A stretch of DNA of 64,000 nt, taken from positions 62,001-126,000 of the forward strand of contig JALMLS010000416.1 of assembly GCA_038496445.1 (NCBI GenBank), in the 5' to 3' direction. The notes under the pieces were generated by a model, which saw nothing but the letters and a program-made list of their open reading frames with translations, ran no database searches and was not told the origin of the DNA. This stretch comes from Trichosphaerium sp. ATCC 40318 (Eukaryota > Protista > Tubulinea). Shown in pieces: positions 38,058 to 51,952 of the stretch (within the stretch, counting starts at the first letter, position 1; every line of letters starts with the position of its first letter). The position numbers and the translations under genes were made by a program.

Positions 38058-40696
38058 ATGAGTGCCACAAAGTTCTGTCAGTTAGTACGGGACCTTGGAT
38101 ACGTCCCAAAAGGCAGGCGCCAAAATTTAAAAAAATCAGCTCTAGAATGGATTTTTATATCCGAGGACGCCACTAAACCGCTTCTTACTTGGTTATGTAA
38201 TAATGTATCGAAAAAGAATTGCGTTTCGTCCCAAGAGCTCAAATTGTACGGAAAATATTATGCCCACCGCTAACAAACAACAGGTTCCAACGCCTAGAAA
38301 GTGAAAACAAGACAGTTATGGTACGCTTACAAGACAGCATCAATACATTCTAAATCACTCTACAGGCTCCAGAACTACAGGAAGAATTACAAGCAACACA
38401 AAGCGAGGACTATAGCGCCGAAGAGGAAGCCCTGGAGTATGGAAAAGTTGTAACTGTCAAAAAAAATTAACAACGTGTCAAGGCGTGAGATTGCAGAGCT
38501 AGAAACTCGCTTAAAGCGTAAGAACGCGCGTAGAGAACGACTAGAAAAAATAAGAGGAGCTCTAGACGGTAAATGTACGTACTGACGATTGATTGTTTGA
38601 CAGCTGTCACTTACCATTTTATTTTCACATTTTTTGAGGTTTTCTTTCGCTCAACTTTCTTTAGCGGTTTCGTCTACTGATGAGTTGGGTAAATGCAAGG
38701 AAACATTAAAAGTTAAAGGAGAAGCTCGTATAAGGGAAACTGACGAGAAGTTAACAAAGACAAATAGCCAGGTTAGTTACTTTTTGAAATAAACAAAATA
38801 AGAAAAAGGAAACAAAAAACCGAATATTTTCGTGTTGTACTCAGTATTAACGTATTTTCTTTAGCTCATAGAATCAGCTAAACGTGCTCAAAGTATAGCA
38901 ATGGATATATGTGAAAGATCTAGAACTAATGCTGTTGCTGTTGGTAAGTTAAAGAAGAATCAAATGCCAACATTTTTATTAAGATTTTTTTGCTTCAACA
39001 AATGTTTTGGTTTATTGTACTAAAAGCTTTATTACAGCGCGCCACATGTATGAATATACACTAGATGAATACGTAGAACTTGAGCAAAGTGTTACACGTG
39101 CAGCACAAGTGCTTTCAATGAACGGATTTGCTTCTAAACAAACTAATTTAAAAACGAAGCTTTACGAAGAACAACGAGTTGAAATACTTCGTGTATGCCA
39201 AGTGTACGTACTCCTTTTTTTTGTTGGTGCTATGGCTACATTGAAGCAAAATCAGCCGTAATATACGCCGTTATGCTACTGCAGCGGCGAAGTACTTCTT
39301 CGATTTGGATAAAAAATGAAACACGTTTTTCTGATATGTGTAGATTTTCTTTGCTTGAGCAAAACTATGTCCAAGCTGAAATGGAACGAGCCAGGTATGA
39401 ATATATGGTAGATTATACCGCGCGCAATGGTCAAAAGAGGCGTGAGGCTGAGCTTAAGGATCCAGAAACTTTAGAGTACGATAATATCAAATCATTGTAT
39501 CTTACTTACACCTGATCCAGGTCAATGCTGCTTGATGCTAAGAATCAGTTTCAAAGTGCTACAGCTGCATCTGAGGAGAACATGCAGAAGTCTACAGCAT
39601 TGTTTGAAGCATTTGCAGACACCCAAGCATTATCTCTTATTGAAGGCGACTATAACTTTAGAACTGCACAAGCAAACTATATTTCTCATAAATTTAATGC
39701 TGTACGCTTCTTTATCCTCTTGGATTCTTGTCACGTGATTTTACTATTTTTTTCCTGTTGTTTACAACCTGCGTTTCTAACTCTTTGATAAGGCCATCAA
39801 AAGAACTTACGAGCAACAATCACGTCATAAGCTTGTGTCATTAATTCTCGATAACGAAACTGAGAAGTTGAGACAGTTTTGTATTTCTCTAAAAGCTATG
39901 TTGTTAGAACTAGCTGATATTACTGCGTATGTGTTACATTGAATATGATATTAATATCCATACAGTGACTAATGATTTCCTAGTACGTTAACAAAGGGCA
40001 CAACCCCGACTTCATCGAATACATTAAGTACAAACCCTTGGCTAAGCCGCATTAAGACTGCTTGTTTGCAAGGAAACAACGACTCCTCATCGATGGTACA
40101 CCTACGATACACGAACCCTTATTTTGCTTCATATACCATACCAAGAAATGAGGCATACTCACGTGGTTATTAGAGCGATGGTGTCGAAGGTCTGGTCGAG
40201 TACCTTGTACAATTAAAAGCATATGAAGACCAGCTATTGAAAAGAACAAGTGGGTTAAGAGTGAAGTATGTTGGGCTCTCCAAGGACATGCACAACGTAT
40301 TACTCAAGTTATCTGATCTGGTTTACCGTGGTAGCAAAGATCCTCAGATTGTAATGCCACAAGTACTTGCTGTACAACGTGAACTACGCGTCCAACTCGG
40401 TAAGTTGCAACTTCAAATTAAGTTTTTTTTTTAACTGTTTTTAACACTTTTCTTTAGAGTCTTTACAACGTGGTATACAAGCTATTGTACAACAAAGAGG
40501 TGTATTTACAAAGGTAAACTATTTAAAAGATAAAGTTTATTATTGCTGTTCTATTCTGACTGTGTTTGTTCTATAGAAACTGGAGCACATGTCACGAGAA
40601 AAAAAGATTGAACGTGAATTATTTGTATACTTTTTCAGGAACCAAGAGAAGCTCAGACAAATATTTGATGAGTTGAGATCACGTGTATCTGTATGA
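38058..40696 (+). CDS. HAUS3: HAUS augmin-like complex subunit 3
   Basis: N-terminal FCQLVRDLGY...LEWIF...PLLTWLCNNVSKKNCVSSQEL, coiled-coil middle, C-terminal ERELFVYFFRNQEKL. Confidence 0.75.
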
Positions 40697-40980
40697 GTTT
40701 ATTTGTGTTGTACCAAATTTTGTAAGATAGGAGATAAAAACACTGTACATTTTCGCAAAAGTTTTTTTGGTTAAGCGGGTACCGAATGTCAATTCGAGTT
40801 TCTCAGAGTCCTAATAACTAGCCGCTGTACCATTTTCAAGGTGTGCTGTAACCACCTCTACAAGTGGTTTGCTAGTAAGTTATCCTTTCAGTCTGCCAGC
40901 CTTTCAAAAACACAGGGTTCAATTTAATTGATACTTAATTAATGATTAAGTTAGGTTTTCCAGAAGAGCTCATAGTATCA

Positions 40981-41718
40981 ATGGAAATACGCGACATAAC
41001 TGAATATGAAGATATTTGGTTTAAAGTATGCGAATACATGCCATTTACTCGATTGGTGGTGCTAGCGAGCGTCTGTAGAAGTCTACACTCTATTTGCATG
41101 AGCAAACATGCTTTGAAGGCTGTTTACAGTATTGAGGCACCAAAGCGAAAGTTTTGGCCTCTGTTGGATCCTAAAATGACTGCTGAGGGACTGAGAGCTC
41201 TATTGATGGAACTTGTGTCATCAACAGACTCTACCTTGTTTGTACTTTACCACCTACAATACGACAATGCTGCCCAAATATCTCCTAAAGTTAGAGAAAA
41301 GATGTTGGAAGTGTACGGAGAATAGTATTTCTTATTTTTTTGACACAATAATCACGTGACAATAAAATTGTAGGTACGATAAATTCGTGTGCTTAACAAC
41401 ACAGGCCCTAGAAGCTGTACTACTATTTCATGGAAGCTTCCTGTATTTGAACTCGGTGTGAGGTTTTGTTGAAGCTAGTCTTTTTTACTGACTTCTTGTT
41501 TAAGGCTCGAAAGTAACAATGATGCTTTGAATAATCTTGTGTGTGTCTTGGTTAAGGAGCAATATACACGTATGAAAGAACAAATTGATTCAGGAGGTAA
41601 TAGGGAAGATAAAATCATGGAGTTTCGCAATTGGGGCATAGGCTTGTTTGGAAAATGCCAGCCATGGACAAACACTCAGACTGTTACATTGCACACACAA
41701 TGCTTAGAAAGTTTATGA
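40981..41718 (+). CDS. Small F-box-like protein (spliced)
   Basis: EDIWFKVCEYMPFTRLVVLASVCRSLHSIC F-box-like N-terminus; GT-AG introns. Confidence 0.55.
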
Positions 41719-42002
41719 CATATTCTTTCTTCGTCCTATCATTGGAGCAAAAACAAATCACGTGAGTAACGTAACGCGAACTCGAAATATTCGCTCAGTA
41801 AATTTTTTTCTCATATGATTATGGGAACTTTTTTCTCATTTGATTTTCATCAATTCTCTGGCTAGTAGTTTAAAACACCTTTGTGGTATGCAACAGTAAA
41901 ACTTTAAAAAAGAATAATGCTTGTCTTGAAAAGTCTACGAGAAGTTCGAACTTGTATTGATCACTACTTACAATAGTTTTTTTTTTAACTTCGCTAGCTT
42001 AA

Positions 42003-43947
42003 TTATTTTTCTACTTTTACTACTATATCACTTGATGAAGCCTTCAGTTCACTTGAACCACTCTTAGCAGAAGCAGTAGCGTTTGAGGTCTTGCTGAATA
42101 ATGTAGATATGTGTATAGTACTTATGAGCATAACACAGTATCCTGTTATACTTGCTATAAGAAGTCTTGTGACATCTGGTCTTGATCCGTAACCTCTTAA
42201 ACCCATAATATACGAAATAATCAGAATTAAGTATATTATCAGTATAGCAGCCATCACCGCAGATTTAATCATAATCTAATAAAATTGATAAGCTGACGAA
42301 AGGGGAACGCAAGAAAAAAAAACCAAAAGAGTTCAGTTTTTTCTCGGAATGGATTTTTGTTTAAGCGCTTTACCCTCTGGAGGTGTTTTACAGTATTTGA
42401 TTTAGGTAAATTACTCGTTCTTAATAGCACACGTGTCGCAGTTACAGTGAATGTGATGGCAACTACGATCATTACAATCGTCAATACTGTGTACCCAATG
42501 ACGGCGCTAATGTCAGCAGGCTACACAGGCCATTAGTGCTTTAAAGTGTGAGTGTACATACGTATAAGGCCACCGCAGAAGAAACAAGCATGAGAATAAA
42601 AAATCCACCAAATATTACAGTGATAGTACCCTTGTATCTGTTCATAAAAACGCCAACACTGACTTTGCTTGATTTCAAAATTTTATGCCAACACAAAGTC
42701 ACGAGCAATAAAGCACCAAAACCAAACGCGTGTCCGAGGAACAGTAATGCATTTGAAGCCACAGAAGGGTATATTTTCTTCATACTCCACGGGTCAACGC
42801 TATATAGCATCACTCGTACTAAATGGAATTTCCATGAGTTCAGTGAATTGTAAAAAATACTAAAATGTTTCTTGTGACGTTGACAAACTTACCAATATTC
42901 GCCAAGAGTTCTAACAACAGGACTACCATAGGCAAACTATATATAACAGCTGACGATTGATAGCCCTTGATCATCTTGTATGAGGCAAACAACTATTAAA
43001 AGAGTGATTAAAATCAGAAAAAAACAAAAAAAACGGTTTGGTTTCATACCACGTTGATACACGACCATAACGTGGGAATCAATCTCAGTAGCAAGATATA
43101 CCAAGCAGTATTACTTATCTTTACAAACAAATTTTCCTCTAGCGCTAGAAGTTAAACACAAACAAATGCGAGAGTTCCTTTTAAAAAAAAACCCCAGGTA
43201 TTATTATTACCATATGTGACGATACACGTTACATTCGTTAGTGCCATAATCTGATTGAATTCATCAGCTATCCCAAAATAATAAGTAAACTGTAAACACT
43301 ATACAAACCAAATGATATCGTACTTCCAACGCCGACAACAGGTATTGTTATGTCCTTTGTTGATGAAGCGTCAGTTTTTAAAAAACCTATAACATCATTA
43401 ATCGTCGTAGGTACCGTGAGTATTACATACCAAGCCCTTTCTCGGCGTCATGAACAATCAATGCATTAATACCTTCATCCAGGTGTCTTCTATTTAAAAC
43501 AGTAAAAACGATGCCGTTTTGTATAAAGACTGATGAGCACATGTTTTAAACTAATAAATTAATCGCTTACAGTTTTGATCACGTGATAATTTTTGAAAAT
43601 AATAAAAACCAAAAAACGTTGCAGTGCGTACCGCACAAGCTTCTCTATTGCAAAGTCTTCTGTTGTTCTATCAAGGAGTAATACTGACCCGTTATGTGTG
43701 CCAACATAATCTTCAGTTACTAGATTCCCAATCGCTATTTTCCATTCACCGACGCCTTCAAACCTAATACATTTGTCAAATAAAAAAATTCTGTTTCGTT
43801 TTCTTTAAAAACTTCGCAGCACAAACTGTGATTTTTAGCCTTCTTGTATAGCCACCACACCATTACTATGTAATGACGGATATAATGAACATATTAGGAA
43901 CGCCAATAACGCTAAAACAAAGGTCCGTAAAAACTGTTACCGGACAT
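42003..43947 (-). CDS. GPCR-like 7TM protein with probable extracellular PA (protease-associated) domain
   Basis: Signal peptide MSGNSFYGPFVLALLAFLIC; PA-like GINALIVHDA...KDITIPVVGVG; TM region RVMLYSVDPW...LLFLGHAFGFGALLLVTLCWH; Ser-rich tail. Confidence 0.55.
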
Positions 43948-45343
43948 GGCTTCATTCTGTTGTGTTCAATATTCTAACTAACTAGCAGTACATTTTTTTG
44001 CTTACGAGGCAAAATAATGGCTGTCTAGTACTATTTAATTACTTACGGGTATGCCACTGAAGGCACAATTAAGCTACCACATACGCTTTTACCAGAAGAA
44101 GGTAATACAAAGCACATGATCTTAAAACGGTAAGTTCCCCAAACAGTAAAACATAAAAGGCACGTACCAGCAATAATAAAACAGTAATACGCTCTGTATT
44201 ATATGTAATAAATCCTAGAGCCATGTGAGGTACTCCTGGTCCGTTTAAAACTGGTAACAATGGAGAAATAATCAGAAATCGGTTGACTAAGACGTTCAAC
44301 GCCTCCAGACGCGCTGTTGAAGCCTACAAAATTGCGTAGCGCTAAGATCAAGCGAAGACTTCAAAAACTGCTAAAGTTCGACTGCACAACAAGAAACACA
44401 TTTACACACATAGGTTATCGCGCGTTATTAATTATGAGCTCCTCTGTACGATCATTGAACTATTACGAACGTTATTACAAGCTTGTGATTCGAGCATAGG
44501 GACTTGAGCTGGGAAAAAAAGGTAACTAACGCAGAACATGGGAAGTCAGAAAACCTGAATATTTGTAATAAAGTTATTTTTAATCTGTTTGAAAGACCCC
44601 AACGGATGACAATGTCACAACTGAATTATTTTGAGTGCACTATTTCAATACACGTGTACCCTATAGGATAGTGCTAGAGGCTATAACAGTGAGTGAAACA
44701 GTCTTTTTTAGTGCGCTGCTTGTTGTTTTTTATAAATAGTAATTATGTCTGCTTTTGTGCGGAGAATTTTCGGTTTGCGTTCACGTGTAATTATGCGGAG
44801 AAGGATCCAAGTTAAATTCATCATGTTAAACTGAGAGCCTTTAGTGCGCACCCTCTGTTTGTACCATTGGCAGCGGAACACAGGCATAAATAGAATGAGT
44901 TTGACAGTTGCTATTCTGTTAACAGTAATTTGACACGGAGTAGGTATTTGTATTCGCTACTTGAGTCTAATTATTTACTTTCAACCATAGCTCCTCTATT
45001 TTATACAGTCTGAAAATAACCTTGATAAAATCTTGCGATGTCTGCTTTTGAGAGTGCCGGAATAATTTTTTTTCTATTGTTTTCGCATGCAAATGGCGCT
45101 TCTTTGTTTACATGCGGCTTGGTGACGGTCGATATGTAAACAAAAAGTCAAAAAGTAAATTCTAACATTTGTTGTACGGCAGGGTACGGTGATCATCTTC
45201 TCACCACTAGAGCGATTGCGCGGATATAGTGGGGGAAGCTGGCCCTTAAGTAGCGATAACATACGTAATAATCTGGTGACTCTGCTGAAGTAAAGCAGCG
45301 CAATAAACTAAAACTTTATTGCTCTAAATTGAGGTTTCTAGAC

Positions 45344-47382
45344 TTAACCAAGAGGTGGTATTGAGGTACAGCTATCCTTACAAGCGCACAAACTATCATC
45401 ACATCTTGCAAATGGAAGTACATCAGGTACAACAGCCACTTCAGAGGTCTGAACAAACTCAGTTCCATCAACCGTGAAGTGCAATTCAAGAAAAGCAGCT
45501 CTGAATCCTACAAATTACTGTTAACAAAGCAGGTGTAGGTACGAAGATCCTTACCAGTGTCAGGAGTGTCAGGAACACCCCTATAAATTTGACCGCTAGG
45601 TGTCAGGGGGAGAATTGTTGTCGACGTCCAAGGAATTCCTTCTGGGAAGCCTCGAAATACGCGTGCGTTTTCGTTGTATGCTGTCCACATGAGTACTTTC
45701 TAATAAAGTTTTAGGACGTTGTTGTCATGTTGTAATAATGAAAACACTTGCCGTTGGTACTACTGAAGAGACAGCGTAAATTCTACCAGTACGTCTCTTT
45801 ATCCACGAAACGACTTTAGGTATTTTAATATTATTTATCAAAGCGTTATACCACGTGACAATGCTTCCACTAATAGAAACGTGAGTTGATGTTTTTTAGA
45901 TTGGTACGTACATTGCAAGAGTTGGTGCTGTGCCGTGGCGAGAATTAGGTACATATCTCAAAGACTTTGGTCCACGTAATCTGCTGTAGTAAAACTGGCT
46001 GCTTGTTGGCAAAAAAAACCTGTAATAAAACGACGTGAGAACACGGACTTCTAGGATTCTCTAAGGTTTTTTTAAAACTTACTCATCTCCAGCTGCATTA
46101 ACAATATATTTTGGTAGTGTGAACCTGTTTTTATAACTGAAAGGATCAACTATATCCATCAACCTTTGATTCTTGAAAAAAACAATTTAGAAAGTAGCAA
46201 AAAACAAAGCTATCACGTGCTTCTCTGGTGTTTAGAAATCCGTTGTATCCAATAGCAGCGTAGTCAAAAATAGCAAGGCTGAAAAATCCATACGACTATT
46301 TATAGACCATTAAAAAAAAAATCACGTGATTATTTAACGTACCCTGAAGTGATGATTTAGTGACGGAATTAAGTTCAACACGTCAATTACAATAGGAACA
46401 ATACCAATAACTCTTTGGTCAATTGCAGTTAGCCACGTGGTCCTATAGATGTTAATTTGTGTTTCCTGACAGTGTGATATCTACCATCCACGTTTAGATT
46501 CTCCAATGACAACAAAGTCGTCAATTTGCGCTGTTGTTCTTCCATTGGCTGCTTCCTCGGCAATGAACTCTTGAACGGCATCCATCGCTTTCACAGCTGC
46601 TTTAACCATTGGTAGCCTTGCAATCTAGGTATTGCATTAATAACACATATCAAGAATGTACGCACAATAGAAGAATCAAAGTTGTGCACGTATTCCCACC
46701 AAGTGTAAGCGATCAATTCATCTACAAATACTTTAATTTCGTAATATTATTTCTACTAGGGCTGTACCTTCTTCTCGTTCGAAGCCTGGAACAGGGTCAT
46801 CTCTGAAAGATATTTTTTGGTTCGGTACTTGGTAGAGACCAACATACACTGAGTTCAAAGCGAGAATAGGCTCAAAAATACCCAAACCAGGTATGCTAGG
46901 AAAGTTGTGTCAGCGGACAATCAGCACCAAAGGATAAAAGTCATACGATGTTGGCGGTGTGCCTAGTGGGTTGGAACCTCCTTCAATATTAAGCATGGCA
47001 GTACTATAGTCGACTGTATCAGGGATAGCGCTGAATAAAAGTTTGTCAAAAGAGAAAGAAGCGAAAGATACAGAAACTCATCTTTTCCACATTACGTTAG
47101 ACTTACACTACTAGCCAATGCTCCCAGACTGGAACTGATACACGAGGGCTAGAGAGCCATGTTTGAGAAGTTAACTTGAGTACATTCGCAGTATAGCCAA
47201 CTCCATTGAAAGATGAAACACGCTCCCACTTGTATCTGTAAATGCCGTAGTGTTAAAAGCGTAATTCGTGCCTAACATTTATCGTACGTAGCGTCAGGAG
47301 CGTTTACATACGCATCCAAGGCAGTGAATGTTCCTAGAGCTACTGATAACGTAATAAAGATGAGAAACAGGTGCTGTCTCAT
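45344..47382 (-). CDS. Secreted PqaA/AprA-like protein (PhoPQ-activated pathogenicity-related family)
   Basis: ALDAYVNAPD, LTSQTW, WEHWL, YQVPNQ, LPMVKAAVKAMDAVQEF, GESKRGWTTWL, IVDPFSY, PKYIVNAAGDEFFLP. Confidence 0.88.
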
Positions 47383-47895
47383 GTGTGTTTGGAAGTTTTG
47401 AAAATATCTCCAAATTTTGGCTGTCGACGATTAGTGAAACGTGGTTTTTATCGAGAAATTTTGTGATTCACAAAAACTTGAATGAATCAAAATATTGCTG
47501 TTTTAATAAATAAGGATTGTACGTACACCGACATTAAATTTTTAACGTGAAGTTATGAGTCGTAGTCACTACATTTCGCGAAACTTGGCAACACGTGTTT
47601 TTTTCGTCAGCCGCTTGTAACTCGTGAATGTCGGAGAAAGTACCACCTCACTCGACAGTGGAGTGTATGCGCTTTTGGCATAGCTGTTTATAAATGCGAC
47701 ATGAATAGTGTAATTACCTCACGGTTTGGGAGCACGTGATCTTGCGACACTTGTTTCTGGCTTGCCCAATTGACAAAGTTTACAACCTTGACAGGAGTTG
47801 CTTATCTCTTTTTTCAAATAGAGTTGCTTATCAACTAGCTTTAATACTAACTGGGCAAACAATAAATCAAAACGAAACTATTTATTGGTGTTATC

Positions 47896-50130
47896 TTAGT
47901 GTTCACACAAAGAAAAAGATCTTTCCCATTTTTCGTTTTCTGAGTTTACGTGATATTTACGTTCATCCATCAATGCCAATCTATGACCGCAAGCGTCTTC
48001 CCAAGTCATTCCAGACTGTGCATAGCTAACAATCATCTGTATCAGCTCAGGAGGAATTTTTTTACCTACAAACGTTTCAGCTATTGAATAAGCAAAATGT
48101 TAAATAAGAGTTCTGACCTAGTCTGTTGAATACAAGCATGAGAGTAAATGTAAGTCTTCTTGATCTCACGCCCCACTGTTGCTCGGGTACTTCTTTTGTT
48201 GATAGTATTGGTACATCTGGGTTGACAATAAAGAAACAAAGAATTTTTCTGGATTGCATCATATTTGAGATGTTGTGAAGCGATACAACTTGGTGCTGTA
48301 AATCGTTTGGAAACACAATCAACCTTCCTAATAGTTCTTAGTTGTTAATACAGCATATAAACGACAAAAACCCTTGAATGTGTGGCCGACAACACGTGTT
48401 TTGTTATAAAAGAAGATTCAAAAAAGAACATATGCAAGTCTTTTTTTCAAATACCGTGGTTTGTTTCTACAGATCCAAGGATTTTATGGTTTGTCCACTC
48501 GCGTCCTCCATCTGGTTCATCAGGTGCTGGAAACTTGTCAAAAACATCCCCTCTTTCATCATCCTCACGCCAACGTCTGAAACAAAGACCAGAATCATTA
48601 ATTCCTATGTAGCTGAGTAAGTAACAAAAAAGGTATGGACAAAAATAACCATCTTACCTGGAGCAACAGAGTAGTAGAATATTGCTGATGCTACGATTTG
48701 TTCATGAAACATACCCTCAACATGCCTTTTTCTTTGTCAAAAAAAAAAAAACAAAGGAAAAAAGTTCTGAGAAATAAAATGGTCGAAGTTCAGTCAACTC
48801 TCCACCACCCAGTCCGTGAAAACAAACAATGATAAATGAGTATTGAGTGAAATCAAGGAATTGGTAAAGATTTGAAACAACGGCTTAAAAAACCTACCAT
48901 GAGCCTTGATATACCTACAAAAATACTTGTCAGCACATGTCAATGTTGAAGGCAAACGCACATCTCCTGGTTTAAGTGTGTAGTTTGCTGCTTTTACTAT
49001 CACTTGAACATTTCTTCCTGTTAATTCATACTCTGGAACATGAGGCACAACTTTATCGAATACTTGCTCAAGTGTTTTGTAAAATGGCTCATTTGTGTAT
49101 CTATCAACATTGTTGACATATCCTTCTATTGAACTTTTACCGTTTTTATCTATGTTAAAATTCGTAGGTAGCCATTGGTACTTTGATGTATCTTGCTGCT
49201 TTTTCTCTTTTGAATGGTGAAAGTAACTAATAGGTAAATTAGATAATGCAACCTATACAACCAAAACAATGTATCCAACAAAACAAAATCTAACAACTTT
49301 CATAAAAATCAAGTTTTTCGTTTTGAACCTTATGATCCTCAACGCAGAACAAATGGTCCCTCAGTGCAGAACGTAATGATTAAAATTAATTGATTTTTTA
49401 ATATGAAATAGAGTTCGATGAAGTCGCTCAGCTACATTTGTAGTGGCATACGAGAATAAAAGACTTTGAAGTAAAACAATAACAACAGGAAAAATATTTC
49501 ATCGTACTTATATTCCTCAGGGTCTTCGTATTCTCTTTTTGGGCGCTCTCCAAATCTCTTCAAATCCAATAGCTTCTTATCAGTTCCAGGTAATACCTCA
49601 GAAATACCGGCAATGTAAGGAAACATAGAAGGATGAATGATATCCTGAACCATCTCATTTGTGTTTGGATGAAAGTCAGGTTTACCTTTAAAAAGCACGA
49701 TTAGTATTTGCTTGAACGGTCATCTTGTAGTTAACAAAAAAATCTTAGGAAAAAGGCCTTTACCTGTCTGCGCAAGCTCATCTAATTGCGACTCGACCTT
49801 TGCTCTTAGATCTTCTGGTATCAAATCATCTGATACAAATACTCTTTCATTGTGTAATTGTTGAGGTGTCACAAAATGGGATTGGTTGATTTCTTGGACT
49901 AGTTCCTCGAAAGCTTGTAAAAGGATGTTTGTTTTGACTCCTTGAGCAGCTAGTTCGTCAAAGTAGCGACTACGAATCTCATAATCCAACATCTTTGTTC
50001 TCCAAAGCAATTTTTGTTGTATTACCTTTTTAACAGCGTCTATGCTGTTGAGATCAGTTTTTGGGCGTTTCGCGTCTTGTTCATAGCTATCATCAGTGTC
50101 AGCACTACGTTTACGCTTAGGAGGCATCAT
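47896..50130 (-). CDS. DUF4246-family (2OG-Fe(II)-oxygenase-like) protein, copy 1
   Basis: PDFHPNTNEMVQDIIHPSMFP, KYQWLPTNF, QVIVKAANYTL, 17-nt exon 48898-48914 (VYQGSW) then HVEGM..EQIVAS, GRLIVFPNDLQHQV, RKILCFFIVNP; ends FSLCEH*. Confidence 0.82.
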
Positions 50131-51442
50131 ATAGTTATATAGGCGTAGTGGAGCGGGTGGGCGCGTGTTAAAATAACTTGTAAGAATACCCTAAAGAAAG
50201 TTCCAGTGAATGTCTTGAAAAATCACAAAAATCACGTGCTTGCTACTAATCGGAAGTTACCCATTGAAAGTAGCTTGATGCTCCATTTAAATGGCAGCAA
50301 ACAAAAATCTCGCGTGGTGAGTTTTGATCACAAAGTACACAAAAACGACTCAGTGAAAAGTAAACGAGGGTAATGTCAGCTCACCGTGCTTATTAAAGCT
50401 AGCAATTAGAAAGTTTCGCTCCTTGTTAGTACTACCACAATGTGACTATTGCTTGATAATGTTGGCCTTCGTGTATTGGCGATAACAAATTTTTCAATGT
50501 CAGATCACCACCATTTTCTTGGCAGGAAATATCGCAATATTAGGCACTGTACTAGGTAAGTTCAAGCCATAGAAGTCTTCAATGAGCTAAAATCGAATTA
50601 ACAAAGCTGTTGAAATACCACCAAACACTGTATGAATCCTCAACCACAAGCGCTGATTAGTAGCTTATGAAAACTCATTGGATGTAACACAGGATAAATA
50701 GGAGTAGTATGTGAAAGTTATGCTATTATGTGCATAAGTTATAGGTCAATACATTACATCTCGGACTCTCACGGATCCCGCTGATGATGAGTAATATGAA
50801 TGCCTGTTTGTTTCTGAAGAAATTTTGGTTAGTGTTAGATCCCTATCATTCATTGGCTCCTACAAACAACATCAAATGAAGAAGAACCTATCTCTAGGCT
50901 TGAACGCTTGGTCGCGAAGCCTGAGACCCTTTGTTTTATTACAAGTTGCAGACACAACAAAACAATCACCGAAAAACCAAAGACTTTTCCGAGTACACAA
51001 TTGCCGTTGTTACACCTTCCAGGTTGTTGAATTTACACGTAAGTCGCAAACCTCCCTTAGTCTCAAACGGCCATAAAAACTGGTTTGTACAGCCGCAACA
51101 ATATTTTACTAGATCTTTGCTGGCGCAACAACCTGTACAGGCAATACCATTGTCAAATAATCAAAAAGATTACTTTTCTTGCTGATTCTCTCAATATTTT
51201 GTTTTTAATCACATGTGATAACATGTTGTACACAATTATTAACCTAGCGTTGGTGCGCCTTTAGCAGTACTCTTTTATCCGACTCGCCAGTTGGCAGATC
51301 AAGTTATGAATCACTCGGCGAGCTACTCTAAGTATCTCAAAAATAAATTTTGTTGGTAGCCCTCTGATAGTATGTCAGCAGATAGCCAACGAGGAATCTA
51401 AAATGTAAGGTTTATTTGGACAATACAGGAAGTTCACAGTAT

Positions 51443-51952
51443 TTACACCCATCCGAGTTGCTTGGAGCTAAAATGGTCGTTCCATACTTTGGTCACATGA
51501 TAAATCTTACCATCTTTGTTGGTATGCATAATATGTACAAAGTCAGTCTCACACGTCTTGCCAGTAGCTGGTTGAGGTCCTCCAGTTCCTTTATGAGTAC
51601 CATAGAATCTTCCAGATCCCATATAGATGTTGTCAGCTCCAGAAAATGAATACGCTTTGTACGAGGACCCAGGGAAGGTATCGATGCATCTCTCTAAAAC
51701 AAGTGGTTAGACATTGAACAAGATTTTCAACTAATCACGTGACAAAACTTTATTTCAAAACATACCTTTCAACCATTCAGCGTATGCTTTTACTGTTTTG
51801 AGATCTTTGAGAGCCTCAGTTTGAGCTTCAAATGTTGCATCAGGCGTTATGTACTTCTTGACACCTTCAAATCCTTTGCCAGTTTCAATAGCATCAAAAA
51901 ACTGTTTGATATCTTCCATCTTTGTGTTGCTTGTGTTGTTGTTGCTTGTCAT
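51443..51952 (-). CDS. SnoaL-like/NTF2-fold polyketide (ester) cyclase-family protein, one intron
   Basis: QFFDAIETGKG...TPDATFEAQ...YAEWLK / FYGTHKGTGGPQPATGKTCETDFV...GKIYHVTKVWND...QLGWV*. Confidence 0.78.

Noticed and set aside
50250-51400. Short ORFs between DUF4246 copy 1 and the SnoaL gene
   Set aside because: No motifs, TIRs or coding bias recognised
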